DNA of 63,992 nucleotides, filler included, from Stramenopiles sp. TOSAG23-2 (taxonomy: Eukaryota): assembly GCA_900128395.1 (NCBI GenBank). It is 5 parts of 5 records of this genome, joined end to end, with 100 filler letters (N's around TTAATTAATTAA, not from the genome) between each part and the next. Parts side by side here need not be neighbours in the genome. Positions count along the whole stretch, not along the records: positions 12,940 to 25,742 come from LT649833.1; positions 25,843 to 38,637 come from LT649834.1; 3 more parts are not named here. One strand, 5' to 3'. A model generated the notes under the pieces. That model worked only from the letters and a program-made list of their open reading frames with translations, ran no database searches and was not told the origin of the DNA. Position numbers and translations under genes: made by a program. The number at the start of each line of letters is the position of its first letter. Position 1 is the stretch's first letter. Shown in pieces: positions 23,736 to 33,929 of the stretch.

Positions 23736-25190
23736 ATGGCATATCGTATAACTCATCCTTCGTTGTTTATAAGACGTGGAAGAAGTCGTATCGTTTCATT
23801 GCAACCACGACAATCAAAGGCATGTTATTATACAACATTTAATAATAAGATTAATATTTATAATAATAATGTAAATAAATATACAAATTTAATATGGAAA
23901 AACAAAGTAAATTATCCTATGCAACCAATACAAAAGCGTAATAAGATACACATATTGCCAGAAGCAAAAGAAGCAGAGATTCATGATAGAAAATTATTGA
24001 AATTGGAGCAAGAATGGACGACAGGAAAATTGTATAAATTTAAAGGCAAAATACATATTGTTAAATGTTTAAAAGATGAAAAATGTGCAATGGATGCTTT
24101 TCTTGCAGATATTGAAAACTCTTCTATTGTTACGACAGGGGGAACAAAAATGAGTGTCATAGGATTTGATACGGAAACCAAACCTGCTACCGACGAATTA
24201 CAACCACCTGCTACGGTGCAAATAAGTACAAAAAACCATGCTATTATCTATCATTTAACGCATAGAAATTTTTTGTTTGATGGAAAGTTTCCACCACTAT
24301 TAAAAGCGGTCTTGGCAAATGATAAAATATTAAAAATTGGAGTTCAAATTGCAACTGATACGGAAGAATTACTATATGCATATGGTGTTACGACATGTGG
24401 AGTTTTTGATATAAATATGTTGTTCCCCAAGAAGCAAGATACAAAAGGCCTTCGAAAATTAGCATCAGAATACCTTGATTTAGATCTAGAAAAAAGCAGA
24501 TCTATTACGTGTTCTAATTGGGGTAGAGCAGAGTTAACAGATCTTCAAAAATTGTATGCTGCGTATGATGCAAGTGTGGTACTAGAAGTTTTCGAAAAAA
24601 TGAAAGAAGTAGATAGTGAAACGTTTCAAGTAGATGAAGATAGAATATTTCATTATTTATTTCGGCCAGATGAATTTATTGGTTTTGAAACAATTACCAG
24701 TACAAAACAAACAGAAGACGATGAAGAACAACTAATGAGCGTGCCAATTAATCCACATGTATATGAAAAACGTTTTAAAAAAATTGAAGAGCCTGTGAAT
24801 GGAAAATATATTATGCCAGGAGGAAGGTATAATACGTATAAACAGAAGACAGTTGCAAAAAGTTTTATTGATTTATATACATCGTATTTATATAGATTTA
24901 TATTAGAAAAAAAGAACGGTACGCATGACGAATTAGGGGAAGAGGAAGAAAAGGAGCCAGTGTTATTGATACCAATGTTTTTTCCTCCTTCATTACGTTT
25001 AATATTCCATAACATTGCAACAAAAAATGATTTGTATTCGATTAGTCGAGGACACCGTGGCGATAATAAAAGGATGTTAGCTATTTGGAAAAGTGAACAA
25101 GCATATAGAACAGTTCGTGATACAAAATGCATTTATCCTAGCCCACAAGAATTAGCCGAGAGGAACAAACTTAATGGGAAAGTTAGTTAA
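23736..25190 (+). CDS. DEDDy 3'-5' exonuclease (WRN-exo/EXD2-like) with presequence-like N-terminus and R3H-like C-terminus
   Basis: GFDTET (ExoI), ILKIGV..D (ExoII), SNWG...QKLYAAYDA (ExoIII); Arg-rich acid-free N-terminus; LRLIFHNIA...LYSISRG. Confidence 0.85.
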   Translation: MAYRITHPSLFIRRGRSRIVSLQPRQSKACYYTTFNNKINIYNNNVNKYTNLIWKNKVNYPMQPIQKRNKIHILPEAKEAEIHDRKLLKLEQEWTTGKLYKFKGKIHIVKCLKDEKCAMDAFLADIENSSIVTTGGTKMSVIGFDTETKPATDELQPPATVQISTKNHAIIYHLTHRNFLFDGKFPPLLKAVLANDKILKIGVQIATDTEELLYAYGVTTCGVFDINMLFPKKQDTKGLRKLASEYLDLDLEKSRSITCSNWGRAELTDLQKLYAAYDASVVLEVFEKMKEVDSETFQVDEDRIFHYLFRPDEFIGFETITSTKQTEDDEEQLMSVPINPHVYEKRFKKIEEPVNGKYIMPGGRYNTYKQKTVAKSFIDLYTSYLYRFILEKKNGTHDELGEEEEKEPVLLIPMFFPPSLRLIFHNIATKNDLYSISRGHRGDNKRMLAIWKSEQAYRTVRDTKCIYPSPQELAERNKLNGKVS

Positions 25191-25429
25191 AGAAATGAAA
25201 CAATTTAACTATGAAAAGAGAGAAGAAGAGAGAGATACGTTTCAAGTAGATGAAGATAGAATATTTCATTATTTATTTCGGCCAGATGAATTTATTGGTT
25301 TTGAAACAATTACCAGTACAAAACAAACAGAAGACGATGAAGAACAACTAATGAGCGTGCCAATTAATCCACATGTATATGAAAAATGAAGTGTGTGCGC
25401 GAATTAGCTAAAATATATATGTGAATAAT

Positions 25430-25618
25430 TTAATACTTTCTTCTGTTGCTAAAAGTACTTATTATCAGGTATATCTTATAGCAAAAGTCTACCAGGTATA
25501 CAGCACCTACCAAGCCCTGGGCAAGCAGCTGGTGTTCTGGTGAAATCTGGAAATGTGAGATGACGTATGCGGGTGTTAAATCTACCGTATCGACGAGATG
25601 ATTCGCACATTCGAACAA
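25430..25618 (-). CDS. Possible terminal exon of a gene truncated by the gap
   Basis: GC-richer coding-like stretch after a CTTTCTTTAG acceptor-like site; no recognisable domain. Confidence 0.3.
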   Translation of the reverse strand: MFECANHLVDTVDLTPAYVISHFQISPEHQLLAQGLVGAVYLVDFCYKIYLIISTFSNRRKY

Positions 25619-25742
25619 CTAAAGAAAGAGAATAAGAAAGCAAAGAAACATATATTAGATATATAGATCTGTGTGGATGAAGACGACGAGATGAGCAAGA
25701 ATAATAAGAAGACAAGTATTCCAAGTTATCAACAATAATCAT

Positions 25743-25842
25743 NNNNNNNNNNNNNNNNNNNNNNNNNNNNNNNNNNNNNNNNNNNNTTAATTAATTAANN
25801 NNNNNNNNNNNNNNNNNNNNNNNNNNNNNNNNNNNNNNNNNN
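25743..25842. other. Artificial contig spacer
   Basis: 44 N + TTAATTAATTAA + 44 N. Confidence 0.97.
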
Positions 25843-28068
25843 ACATTTGGGAAATGGCGTTCTAAATCCATTACGTCACCTTTATGTAGTACATACAATG
25901 TCACATTGGTTAACGCCAATACACTAGCTGTTCGTTCTTTGGAGACTACCATAGCAATCTCCCCGAAATTACTTCCTTTATTTAATACTGCTATTCTTTT
26001 ATTTCTTAATGATACCAAACAACTGCCAGATGATATAAAATACATTGTATCTCCAAATTCTCCTTCACGTGCGATATAATCACCACGTAAACATATCATA
26101 TGTTTCAATCGTGGAACTAGTGCTCTTAAATAATCAGGAGGGGCATCTTTGAACAGTTCACTTTTTATGATTAACGAACGCTTTAAAAACAAATCAACTT
26201 CATCGCTTAAACTTGGTGATAATTCTTTCATAAATGGAATTGGTTCTCCATCAGTAGTGCGATGGGTTGTCCACATAAACCTATAATAATCTAACACACG
26301 ATTTTTTAATTCATTCGGCATATCTAAATTTGTCATACATTCAGCGACATCTTCTAACTTTAGTTCATATAATGTTTTAGCATGATTGACCTTTGCAATC
26401 TGGGTACTAATTTCCCCGATAATATAAGCCATAAATACAATACCAAGTAACATGATAAGCGAACAAAAGTAGTATTGAGTTGAAGTTACAGGATTTATCC
26501 CATCCCCGATCAACATCAAAAGAGTTGTACTAATTTCCCCGATAATATAAGCCATAAATACAATACCAAGTAACATGATAAGCGAACAAAAGTAGTATTG
26601 AGTTGAAGTTACAGGATTTATCCCATCCCCGATCAACATCAAAAGAGTTGTATACAATGATTGAGCATAAAAATATCCTAATGGAATTTGATGAAAGCTC
26701 ATTTTGCTAAGATTTTCATTTTCTTGGTGATGTACCATGAACCAATTGTCAACATCGTCTTCAAGCGAATTTAGATAAAACCATGAATTGACAATGAAAT
26801 GCCCGCAATAAAACAAAATTAAAACAATTTGAAAAAGCTTAAACACACGTTGAATGGGAATATGGTATCGCCCGTTGCCATCCATTTTTTCAAAATGTTC
26901 CTTACATTTAAATACGTTATCAAGAAAAAAAAGTACTTTAAATGCTTGAGGAATCGAACACCAATATCTTCCAGCTGCACCACATGTACCACTTGTAGAC
27001 AATACAATATTAAATGGTATTGCTGCAAGAAAATGAATAATTAAGTATCGCTTCATATTTTCAAGCAAATCTAGATCTTCTACTGTATAATTCGATGCCG
27101 GTTGATGCCGACTGTGGTAAACAACTATAGATAAATGTATCGCATCAAGTATATATATAACTTCCGCCCAATACAATATAAAAGATTCAGACACGTTAAG
27201 TGTCTCAGGAACAAATGCAAATAAATACGTTGATGTATAAAACGATAGAATCATTGTAAAAAATACTAAAACATCAAAGAAAAAACGTACTTTTCCAGAT
27301 GGTCGGTACATTTCGCTCACGTGTGACTTTAAATCTCCAAAATCATAGCCCATAGTTACCGTTTTTGCTAATAATTTGTCACCTTTTTGTAATCGAGTTT
27401 TAAAAAACTTAACAATATCATTATGTATAGCATCTCGATCTTCTTTTAATTTTTTTTTACTTTCTTGATGGACTTGTTTCATTGCTTGTCGAATTTTTAT
27501 TGCAGCTTTCATTTTCCCCCAATGCTTGTTTGCTCTTTTACCAGCTTTTTGTAGCATCGAATCTCTTCGTTTAATTTTAGTCTTAGTCAGATCAGATGGA
27601 CCATTGATTCCAACGTTTTCCTCTATTTTTGATATTCCTAAAATTGATGCACGGTTCTCGCGATTTTCTTGTCGTTCCATTACGTCCTCATCGCCTAATA
27701 TGGAACGTCTTTGCTCGCGTTCAGAAACTCTTCGCATCGCAGGTTGCTGGCGAATAATCTTATCAGGTGTGATTTTTGTTTTATTACCACTTTATTTATT
27801 ATTTCCATTGTTTACATTTTCATTAATAGTATATTCTTCATCATTTGATAACGCTTCATCGTCTGACTCATAATCCGTTACGTTGCTGGCGAATAATCTT
27901 ATCAGGTGTGATTTTTGTTTTATTACCATCACTTTTATTATTTCCATTGTTTACATTTTCATTAATAGTATATTCTTCATCATTTGATAACGCTTCATCG
28001 TCTGACTCATAATCCGTTACGTTGCTCACTATAGATTCTCTAGCTCTTCGAGCAAGTCTTCTTTCCAT
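25843..28068 (-). CDS. Cyclic-nucleotide-binding-domain cation channel (CNG/KCNH/HCN superfamily), 3'-truncated by the gap
   Basis: Six TM segments, C-linker (MPNELKNRVLDYYRF), CNBD (GDYIAREGEFGDTMYFI, FGEIA, RTASV). Removing a ~139-bp duplication at 27743-28026 joins the 28068 start in frame (...IIRQQPAMRR...). Confidence 0.88.
26404..26652. repeat. Exact 123-bp tandem duplication of the pore/S6 segment (probable assembly artefact)
   Basis: 41-aa block TTLLMLIGDG...IIGEIS occurs twice with identical DNA. Confidence 0.9.
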
Positions 28069-28782
28069 TGGACTGGTTCTATTTTATTTTTTTATTTTTG
28101 ATTTCATCTTGTTTTGCAATCTGTTGCTCGATGGATACAATACGTTCCACTTCATCCATATTTATTTTTTTTTGTCTCCAAATATTTTGCTTGTAATATC
28201 TATCTATATATATTATATTATATTAATAATGAAATAATTAAATTATTGAAACGTCTTGGATATATTCTTGTTGATATAACTCTCTTGCTCTTTTCACTTT
28301 GTATTTCAATTATCCAATTGTATCAATAATAGACTTATCAAGTTTTTTTTATAACGTTTGTTTGTTGTTAATTATTAAGTTGTTTTCAAAGAACCAAACT
28401 GGCAAACCACAATGCTATTTCTATATTAATACCAGCCAGGTATCTTTTGTGCGTGATGGATTGATTTTCGCCACCCAGCAGTAAAACTACAGTAAGACAC
28501 AGCACACAACACACAGCAACGTTAATTTATATGTTTTAAGTTTTAAGGGTTTAATAGCTCAGAATTCCTAATAATTCTGGGCTGTATGCTGTATGTACCT
28601 GTAGTAGCAGGTATAATAATAATGCTAATTATATAACAACACCACAACCAAAAAAACAAAAATAAGAAAACGTTATTTTAAAATATGTTGTTCATCTTGA
28701 TGGGTGGTTTTCATTTATACAATTGTACAAAGAAAACGTACATATACATCATTTTTATTTAACGGTAACACTTGTGTATAAC

Positions 28783-30108
28783 ATGAATTTCACAAATGAA
28801 ATCTCTTCCATAGAAGTCGGTGATAAAGTGGAAGTAAAACGCCATGGTAAAGTTGAAATTGCTACAGTGGCATATAGTGGAAAAGTACATTTTACAACTT
28901 CAAACAATGATTTTTTGGGGTTAATTTTAAAAAATCCATCTGGTAAAAATAACGGCAAAGTTCAAGGTAGGGAATATTTCAAATGTAAAAATAATTATGG
29001 TGTGTTTGTACGATCTTCAACGGTAAAAAAGAAAATAGTAGTAGGAGCAGAAGATAATTCTGAAAAAAAAAATGATGACTCGATGGTAGAAAACGTAGAT
29101 ACATTCCCAGTTGCTTCAGAGGGTGAAATGTTATTAAACTTCAAAGAAAATTTAAGAGTCTCAAAATATGGCGCTGATAGTAGTACAACTGCATATACAT
29201 CGAGGACGTCAGCTTCAAAAATATCAACTTGGACAAAAGAAGAACGTGTAGTCGGCAGAAGAAAAAATAAAATTAAAGGCAAAAAAGGGTTTTTAATTTA
29301 TAATAAAGTTGTTGGGGAAGCAGATGGAGGGAAGGAATTGACTGTAGATGAATTTGAAAAATTAAAAGATCTATATTCAGAATCATGGAAAAATAGATTA
29401 TATGTTTATTGGTTAAGAATAAAACCATCTAGAAGAGATTGTAGAAGAATACGTCCACAAAATAAATGTCATTGCGGTCATACTTTCAAATCACATGAAT
29501 GGTGGGATGAAAAAAATCGCAAAGGAAAATGTCGTGTGCCAGGTTGTGAATGTGAATGTTATGAATATTTACATTATCAAGGATCGATGGGGTTTAATTG
29601 TAAATGTAAACATGGAGCAACTTCTCATCGTAAAAATGGGAAACCATCCGAATGTACAGAAAAGGGTTGTCCATGCACTGGATTTAAAACTACATTTAGT
29701 TGCAGTTGTGGTTATCCACATTCAGCACACGTATGTACATTCTATTGAACCTAAACCTAAAATATTGTTATCCTCTCTAACACATCCCCCATTTTCATAC
29801 GTTACGCTCCACAGTCTATGCATTGGGAAACCGTTGAAGAAAGAAGAGCAGCTGGGTTATTGTCTGATGAAGATAAAGTGAAACAACGAATTAAAAATTT
29901 GAAAAAAAATGTCCATGGTTGTGGAAGATGTGCAGGTTGTAAATGTGGTATGGGGTGCAAACGAGGGTCAAATAATCCTTGGCAGAGTAATGGGGCTGGA
30001 TTTGTAATGAAAAATGGTAAAAGCGTTTTCCAAACAACTGCTGTTAAACGAAGTAAAAAAAAACTAAAACATACGTTGTTAGGAGGTGGTGGTAAACGAT
30101 TTACATGA
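28783..30108 (+). CDS. CAP-Gly + FAM221-like Cys/His-rich protein, 2 exons (28783-29730, 29815-30108), 413 aa
   Basis: GKNNGKVQGREYFKC CAP-Gly motif; RLYVYW...CHCGH...CKCKH...FSCSCG...H and ETVEER FAM221-like pattern continuous after splicing. Confidence 0.85.
29731..29814 (+). mobile_element. Introner-like spliceosomal intron C (84 nt, GT-AG)
   Basis: GTATGT...TATCCTCTCTAACACATC...CATACGTTACGCTCCACAG; contains an in-frame stop; last 46 nt are 41/46 identical to intron B. Confidence 0.8.
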
Positions 30109-30351
30109 GATAAATAAAAATCTGTGTGTGGTGTGTACGTACACGTGCTGCGTTTTTACGAATATATACGATATATAGCAGTTATAAATTATCTCACCAC
30201 ACACAGTGTACATTATATTAAATATTTAAAAAAAATACTCTCGTACTTTTTACTCGTAAAAAATACGAAAGTATCTGTAATCTCTGTATTATGCTTTTAT
30301 TTTTATAAAATACTCAACACCCAACGGCTGTGATCGGTTTCTCGGGAGTTT

Positions 30352-32847
30352 TTATTTCAAAACATCGTTTACAAAATTGAAAGCATTTGAAGTCTCTTTT
30401 TTCTTTGCTGCATTATTTTGTTGTTCTCCAAGAAGATTTATAGATTTCACACTCCCGGCAGCATATACACCTGTGTTCATTCCTGTATTCATAGCAGGCA
30501 TTCCCATATTCATTCCAGTCATCTGTTGTGGAACACCACCACCTTGTTGCATTCTTTTCATCATTTGCATTTGTTGCATTCGCTGCATTTTTTGGAATTG
30601 TTGCATTTGTTGCATTCTTGCCATTTCTTGTGCTTGTTTAATACGATCCAAACCAGAACCAGATTGCATATTCATGTTATTAGTCGTCGTATTCCCACTG
30701 GTACTATTTGCCATGAAATTGAAGGAACTAATAGTACCACCACTTAAGCCAGTCGTCGTTGTTGTTTTTGGCGCAGTGTTATTATTGCTACTACTACTGG
30801 TATCCCCTAATAAATCAGCAAATGGATCCGAATTGCTATTTGTTGACGTATTCCCCATTGCATTTCCAGCATTGGAGGAGGATGATGATACTGTTGTTGT
30901 TGGATCTAATGCCGTCGTTGACATTGGTGCTAATAATCCTCCTAATAGATCGTCAGATGTATTGCTATTATTTTGTTGTTGCGTATTTGCAGTTGTTGTT
31001 GCTGTTGTTGTTGTAGCGGAACTTGCTAAGAAATCAAATCCTGTCGCTGTTGCTGATGGTGCAGGTGGGGCATTGCTTCCTCCACTATTGCCATTGCTAT
31101 TGTTGTTGTTATTATTATTATTATTATTATCTATTGTAAGTTCACCTAATAAATCCATTGTATCATCATTGTTGCTGTTCTGATTTGTCTCGCTACTAGT
31201 ATTACCATTCAAAAATTCAGATGCAAGATCTTGTGTTTGCTCTACATTTACATCTAAAAGAGATTCTTCCACTTTTGGTTTCGGTTGCAATTTTGGCACC
31301 CCTGTAATTACAACACGTTTACGAGTAGTCTCTTCCACCGCTATATCTTCATAACCTTCAACTCCTAATGCTTTTAAAACTCTTCGACATCTAGTACGAA
31401 CAGTTTTTTGATCTGTATCCTCTAAAAGATCTTCCACAGCCTCTTTGTTATCATAAAAATAATCAGCATATGCTGCACATGCAGCATCTTTAGCCATCGC
31501 TTCCATAACAACCAATGCTTTAATATTGATTTTCCAATCCTCCTCATCGATTTTTGCAACAAGCAATGGGCCAACAACATCTGCATTCAACGATTTACAA
31601 CGATTTTTAAAATCCGTTACTAAATTGGTTGCTGGGACAGCACGTAGGCCACCAGCGTTGCACATGTTGTTAACTAAATTTCGTTCATATTCACCATCTT
31701 TGGATGCTAAACCAGCTTTTCCACCACCGACAGTACTTCCACTATCCCGACGATCAAATGTTGATGTACTACTACCATTGTTGCCACCGAAAGATGATCT
31801 ATTGTGGTTGTTCTTGTTGTTATTATTGTTGACACTTGAAAGTCCCCCAGCACCTGGTGCCATACCAGGATTACCCCATACACCACCGACAGTGCCTTTT
31901 TTTCGTTCAAAGCTATTGCCACGTGAACGTCCAGGTGCATTTTGTTGCGAGCTACCAACACGAACAACTGGTCTGCCATTTGGCCCACTGTATGATGAGT
32001 TAGTGTTGACAGAATTATTACCAGCACCACGGTTATTTGCATATCCATATGTAGCTGCACCTGTATGGTTGTTCATAAATTGTGGTGGCTTTCGCTCCTC
32101 TTTACCAGCATATTTTTTCATTTTCTTCTTAGCTGCTTCTGCCATCTTTTCCATCATTGTCAATTTCTTAGGGCCATTATTAAAATTGGGATTGCCAAAA
32201 CCTTGCATTTTACGGCCATTAATGCCGCCATATGCAATTTTTGCATCAGCGGTTCCTACGCTGCCCATACTTTGAGTGCCAACTTTACCACCATTGTTAT
32301 TACCACCTCCTCTGTAACTCCCACGTTGATCCATCTTTCCAAAAGCTGCATTTGCATTTGCGGAAACAGAAAAGTTATTGCGACTTCCACCACCACCACC
32401 ACCACCACTAATACCTTGGATGCGCGATTGAAGCGAATTATTATTACGTTTTGGTTGTGTTTCTCTGAAAATAGAGTCTAATGCCTCCTTCGCCTCGTCC
32501 CTTACACGCTTATACAACGAATCTCCGTATGTCGGGTGCGGGGGGCCGCGGAATTGCAAACATTCCTTAACTTGTTTCACGTGTGCTTGCATACAACGCT
32601 TAAATTGCATATTTGCTTTTGGTGTTACATGCTTAATAATTAACAAACATTTCCATTTGATATTTGCATTATTTTTTTTAAGTCTTTGAAAAATAAACTT
32701 TTCAAATATATCACACGTGTTTGGATTTGCATGTGTTGTATTGACAATTTCTTGAAATATATAACCTGGTGGTGGTTGCATACTATCATTTGTAGCACTA
32801 CTAATCGTACTTGATATAGATTTACCAGATAACATAGACCTAGACAT
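30352..32847 (-). CDS. Tepsin/MTV1-like AP-4 accessory protein (ENTH + VHS-like domains)
   Basis: ATND...PPGYIFQEI, KWKCLLIIKH, GPPHPTYGD...VRDEAKE ENTH; second helical domain (GGLRAVP...WKINIKALVVME); disordered tail with DLL/DPF motifs. Confidence 0.85.
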   Translation of the reverse strand: MSRSMLSGKSISSTISSATNDSMQPPPGYIFQEIVNTTHANPNTCDIFEKFIFQRLKKNNANIKWKCLLIIKHVTPKANMQFKRCMQAHVKQVKECLQFRGPPHPTYGDSLYKRVRDEAKEALDSIFRETQPKRNNNSLQSRIQGISGGGGGGGSRNNFSVSANANAAFGKMDQRGSYRGGGNNNGGKVGTQSMGSVGTADAKIAYGGINGRKMQGFGNPNFNNGPKKLTMMEKMAEAAKKKMKKYAGKEERKPPQFMNNHTGAATYGYANNRGAGNNSVNTNSSYSGPNGRPVVRVGSSQQNAPGRSRGNSFERKKGTVGGVWGNPGMAPGAGGLSSVNNNNNKNNHNRSSFGGNNGSSTSTFDRRDSGSTVGGGKAGLASKDGEYERNLVNNMCNAGGLRAVPATNLVTDFKNRCKSLNADVVGPLLVAKIDEEDWKINIKALVVMEAMAKDAACAAYADYFYDNKEAVEDLLEDTDQKTVRTRCRRVLKALGVEGYEDIAVEETTRKRVVITGVPKLQPKPKVEESLLDVNVEQTQDLASEFLNGNTSSETNQNSNNDDTMDLLGELTIDNNNNNNNNNNSNGNSGGSNAPPAPSATATGFDFLASSATTTTATTTANTQQQNNSNTSDDLLGGLLAPMSTTALDPTTTVSSSSSNAGNAMGNTSTNSNSDPFADLLGDTSSSSNNNTAPKTTTTTGLSGGTISSFNFMANSTSGNTTTNNMNMQSGSGLDRIKQAQEMARMQQMQQFQKMQRMQQMQMMKRMQQGGGVPQQMTGMNMGMPAMNTGMNTGVYAAGSVKSINLLGEQQNNAAKKKETSNAFNFVNDVLK

Positions 32848-33929
32848 ATTCTTTAATATCTTTATTTAATTATATAACTGAACTATAATGTGTATTTTTA
32901 TTTTCTCACCGTTTCAAAATGAATATATATATATATATATATACCGTTTTTCTTCCTGTTTATTATCTACAAATACGTAGGAGAAAAGAATTGAAATACT
33001 ATACTTCTTGTGCGTTCAAATTTTTAATCTTTTTTTTTGAAGTTTTGTTTAGTTGCAACCATTTTATTGTTTTTATCAATAAATAAGTTTATTCCATTTT
33101 TTTGTTTAGTTGCAACCATTTTATTGTTTTTATCAATAAATAAGTTTATTCCATTTTTTATTAATTCATTTTTTTGCACTTTTATGTATAAAATAGTAAT
33201 TATTTTTGACGAACAACTTCTTATTATTTCTATTATTTAGTATAGTACCAGTAGTGTAGTAGCTTCTAGCAGTGTTTTAAGGAATGTTAGCAATGGTATG
33301 TACCTAGTATTTATATAACAATGCTATGTAGTAAACCTCTAGCAGGTAAATACAATCCACGAGAGAGGTTGGTTCAATATTTTTGGATGAAACAAAGTTA
33401 ATAATTCCGAAAGAAGCCGTGATTTACATATGCACAAATAACAAATATAGATGATATAGCATTATCATTATGAGTTTGCATAATTCTAGAATAATTGGTA
33501 AAAATGGTATAATTTGGTACGAAGGAGCTCTCAAAGTTCACTCAACGAGACGAGGAGAGGAGAGCTGTGTGTGGGAGAGGGAGGGCACTTTCCATTTACC
33601 ATTTGTGCCATGTTCATGGTTAGTTTTAATTAATGATAAATAGTTTTAATTTTTTGAAAATAAAATTCTATAATTGCAACAAAGAGGAAAACACTCCCTC
33701 AGCCTCGTAGTTCTTCCCTGCTATACCGGTGGTAGCCCAACTTTTCTTTTGTTGTTGCCTTTGTTGTTGTTGCACAAATTAATAAAAAATATCCAAAAAA
33801 CAACTAAAAATGAATGGATAGATCCATTTGTTGAAATAGAGAATATACTTAAACAAGAAAGTATATATATATATAAATAATCTATATATATATATATATA
33901 TATTTACGTGTGTATGTAAAAATACAAAT

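Noticed and set aside
24621-25386. ~150-bp piece of the exonuclease repeated after its stop (71-aa ORF at 25174)
   Set aside because: Identical copy near a contig end; misassembly or amplification chimera more likely than a second gene.
26404-26652. Apparent two-pore channel from a duplicated pore/S6
   Set aside because: The 123-bp copies are identical and of read-length scale, like many others in this window; most likely a gap-closing artefact.
30377-32481. Long antisense ORFs (268, 249 aa and similar elsewhere)
   Set aside because: Shadows of low-complexity N/T/G-rich coding on the opposite strand; no domains.
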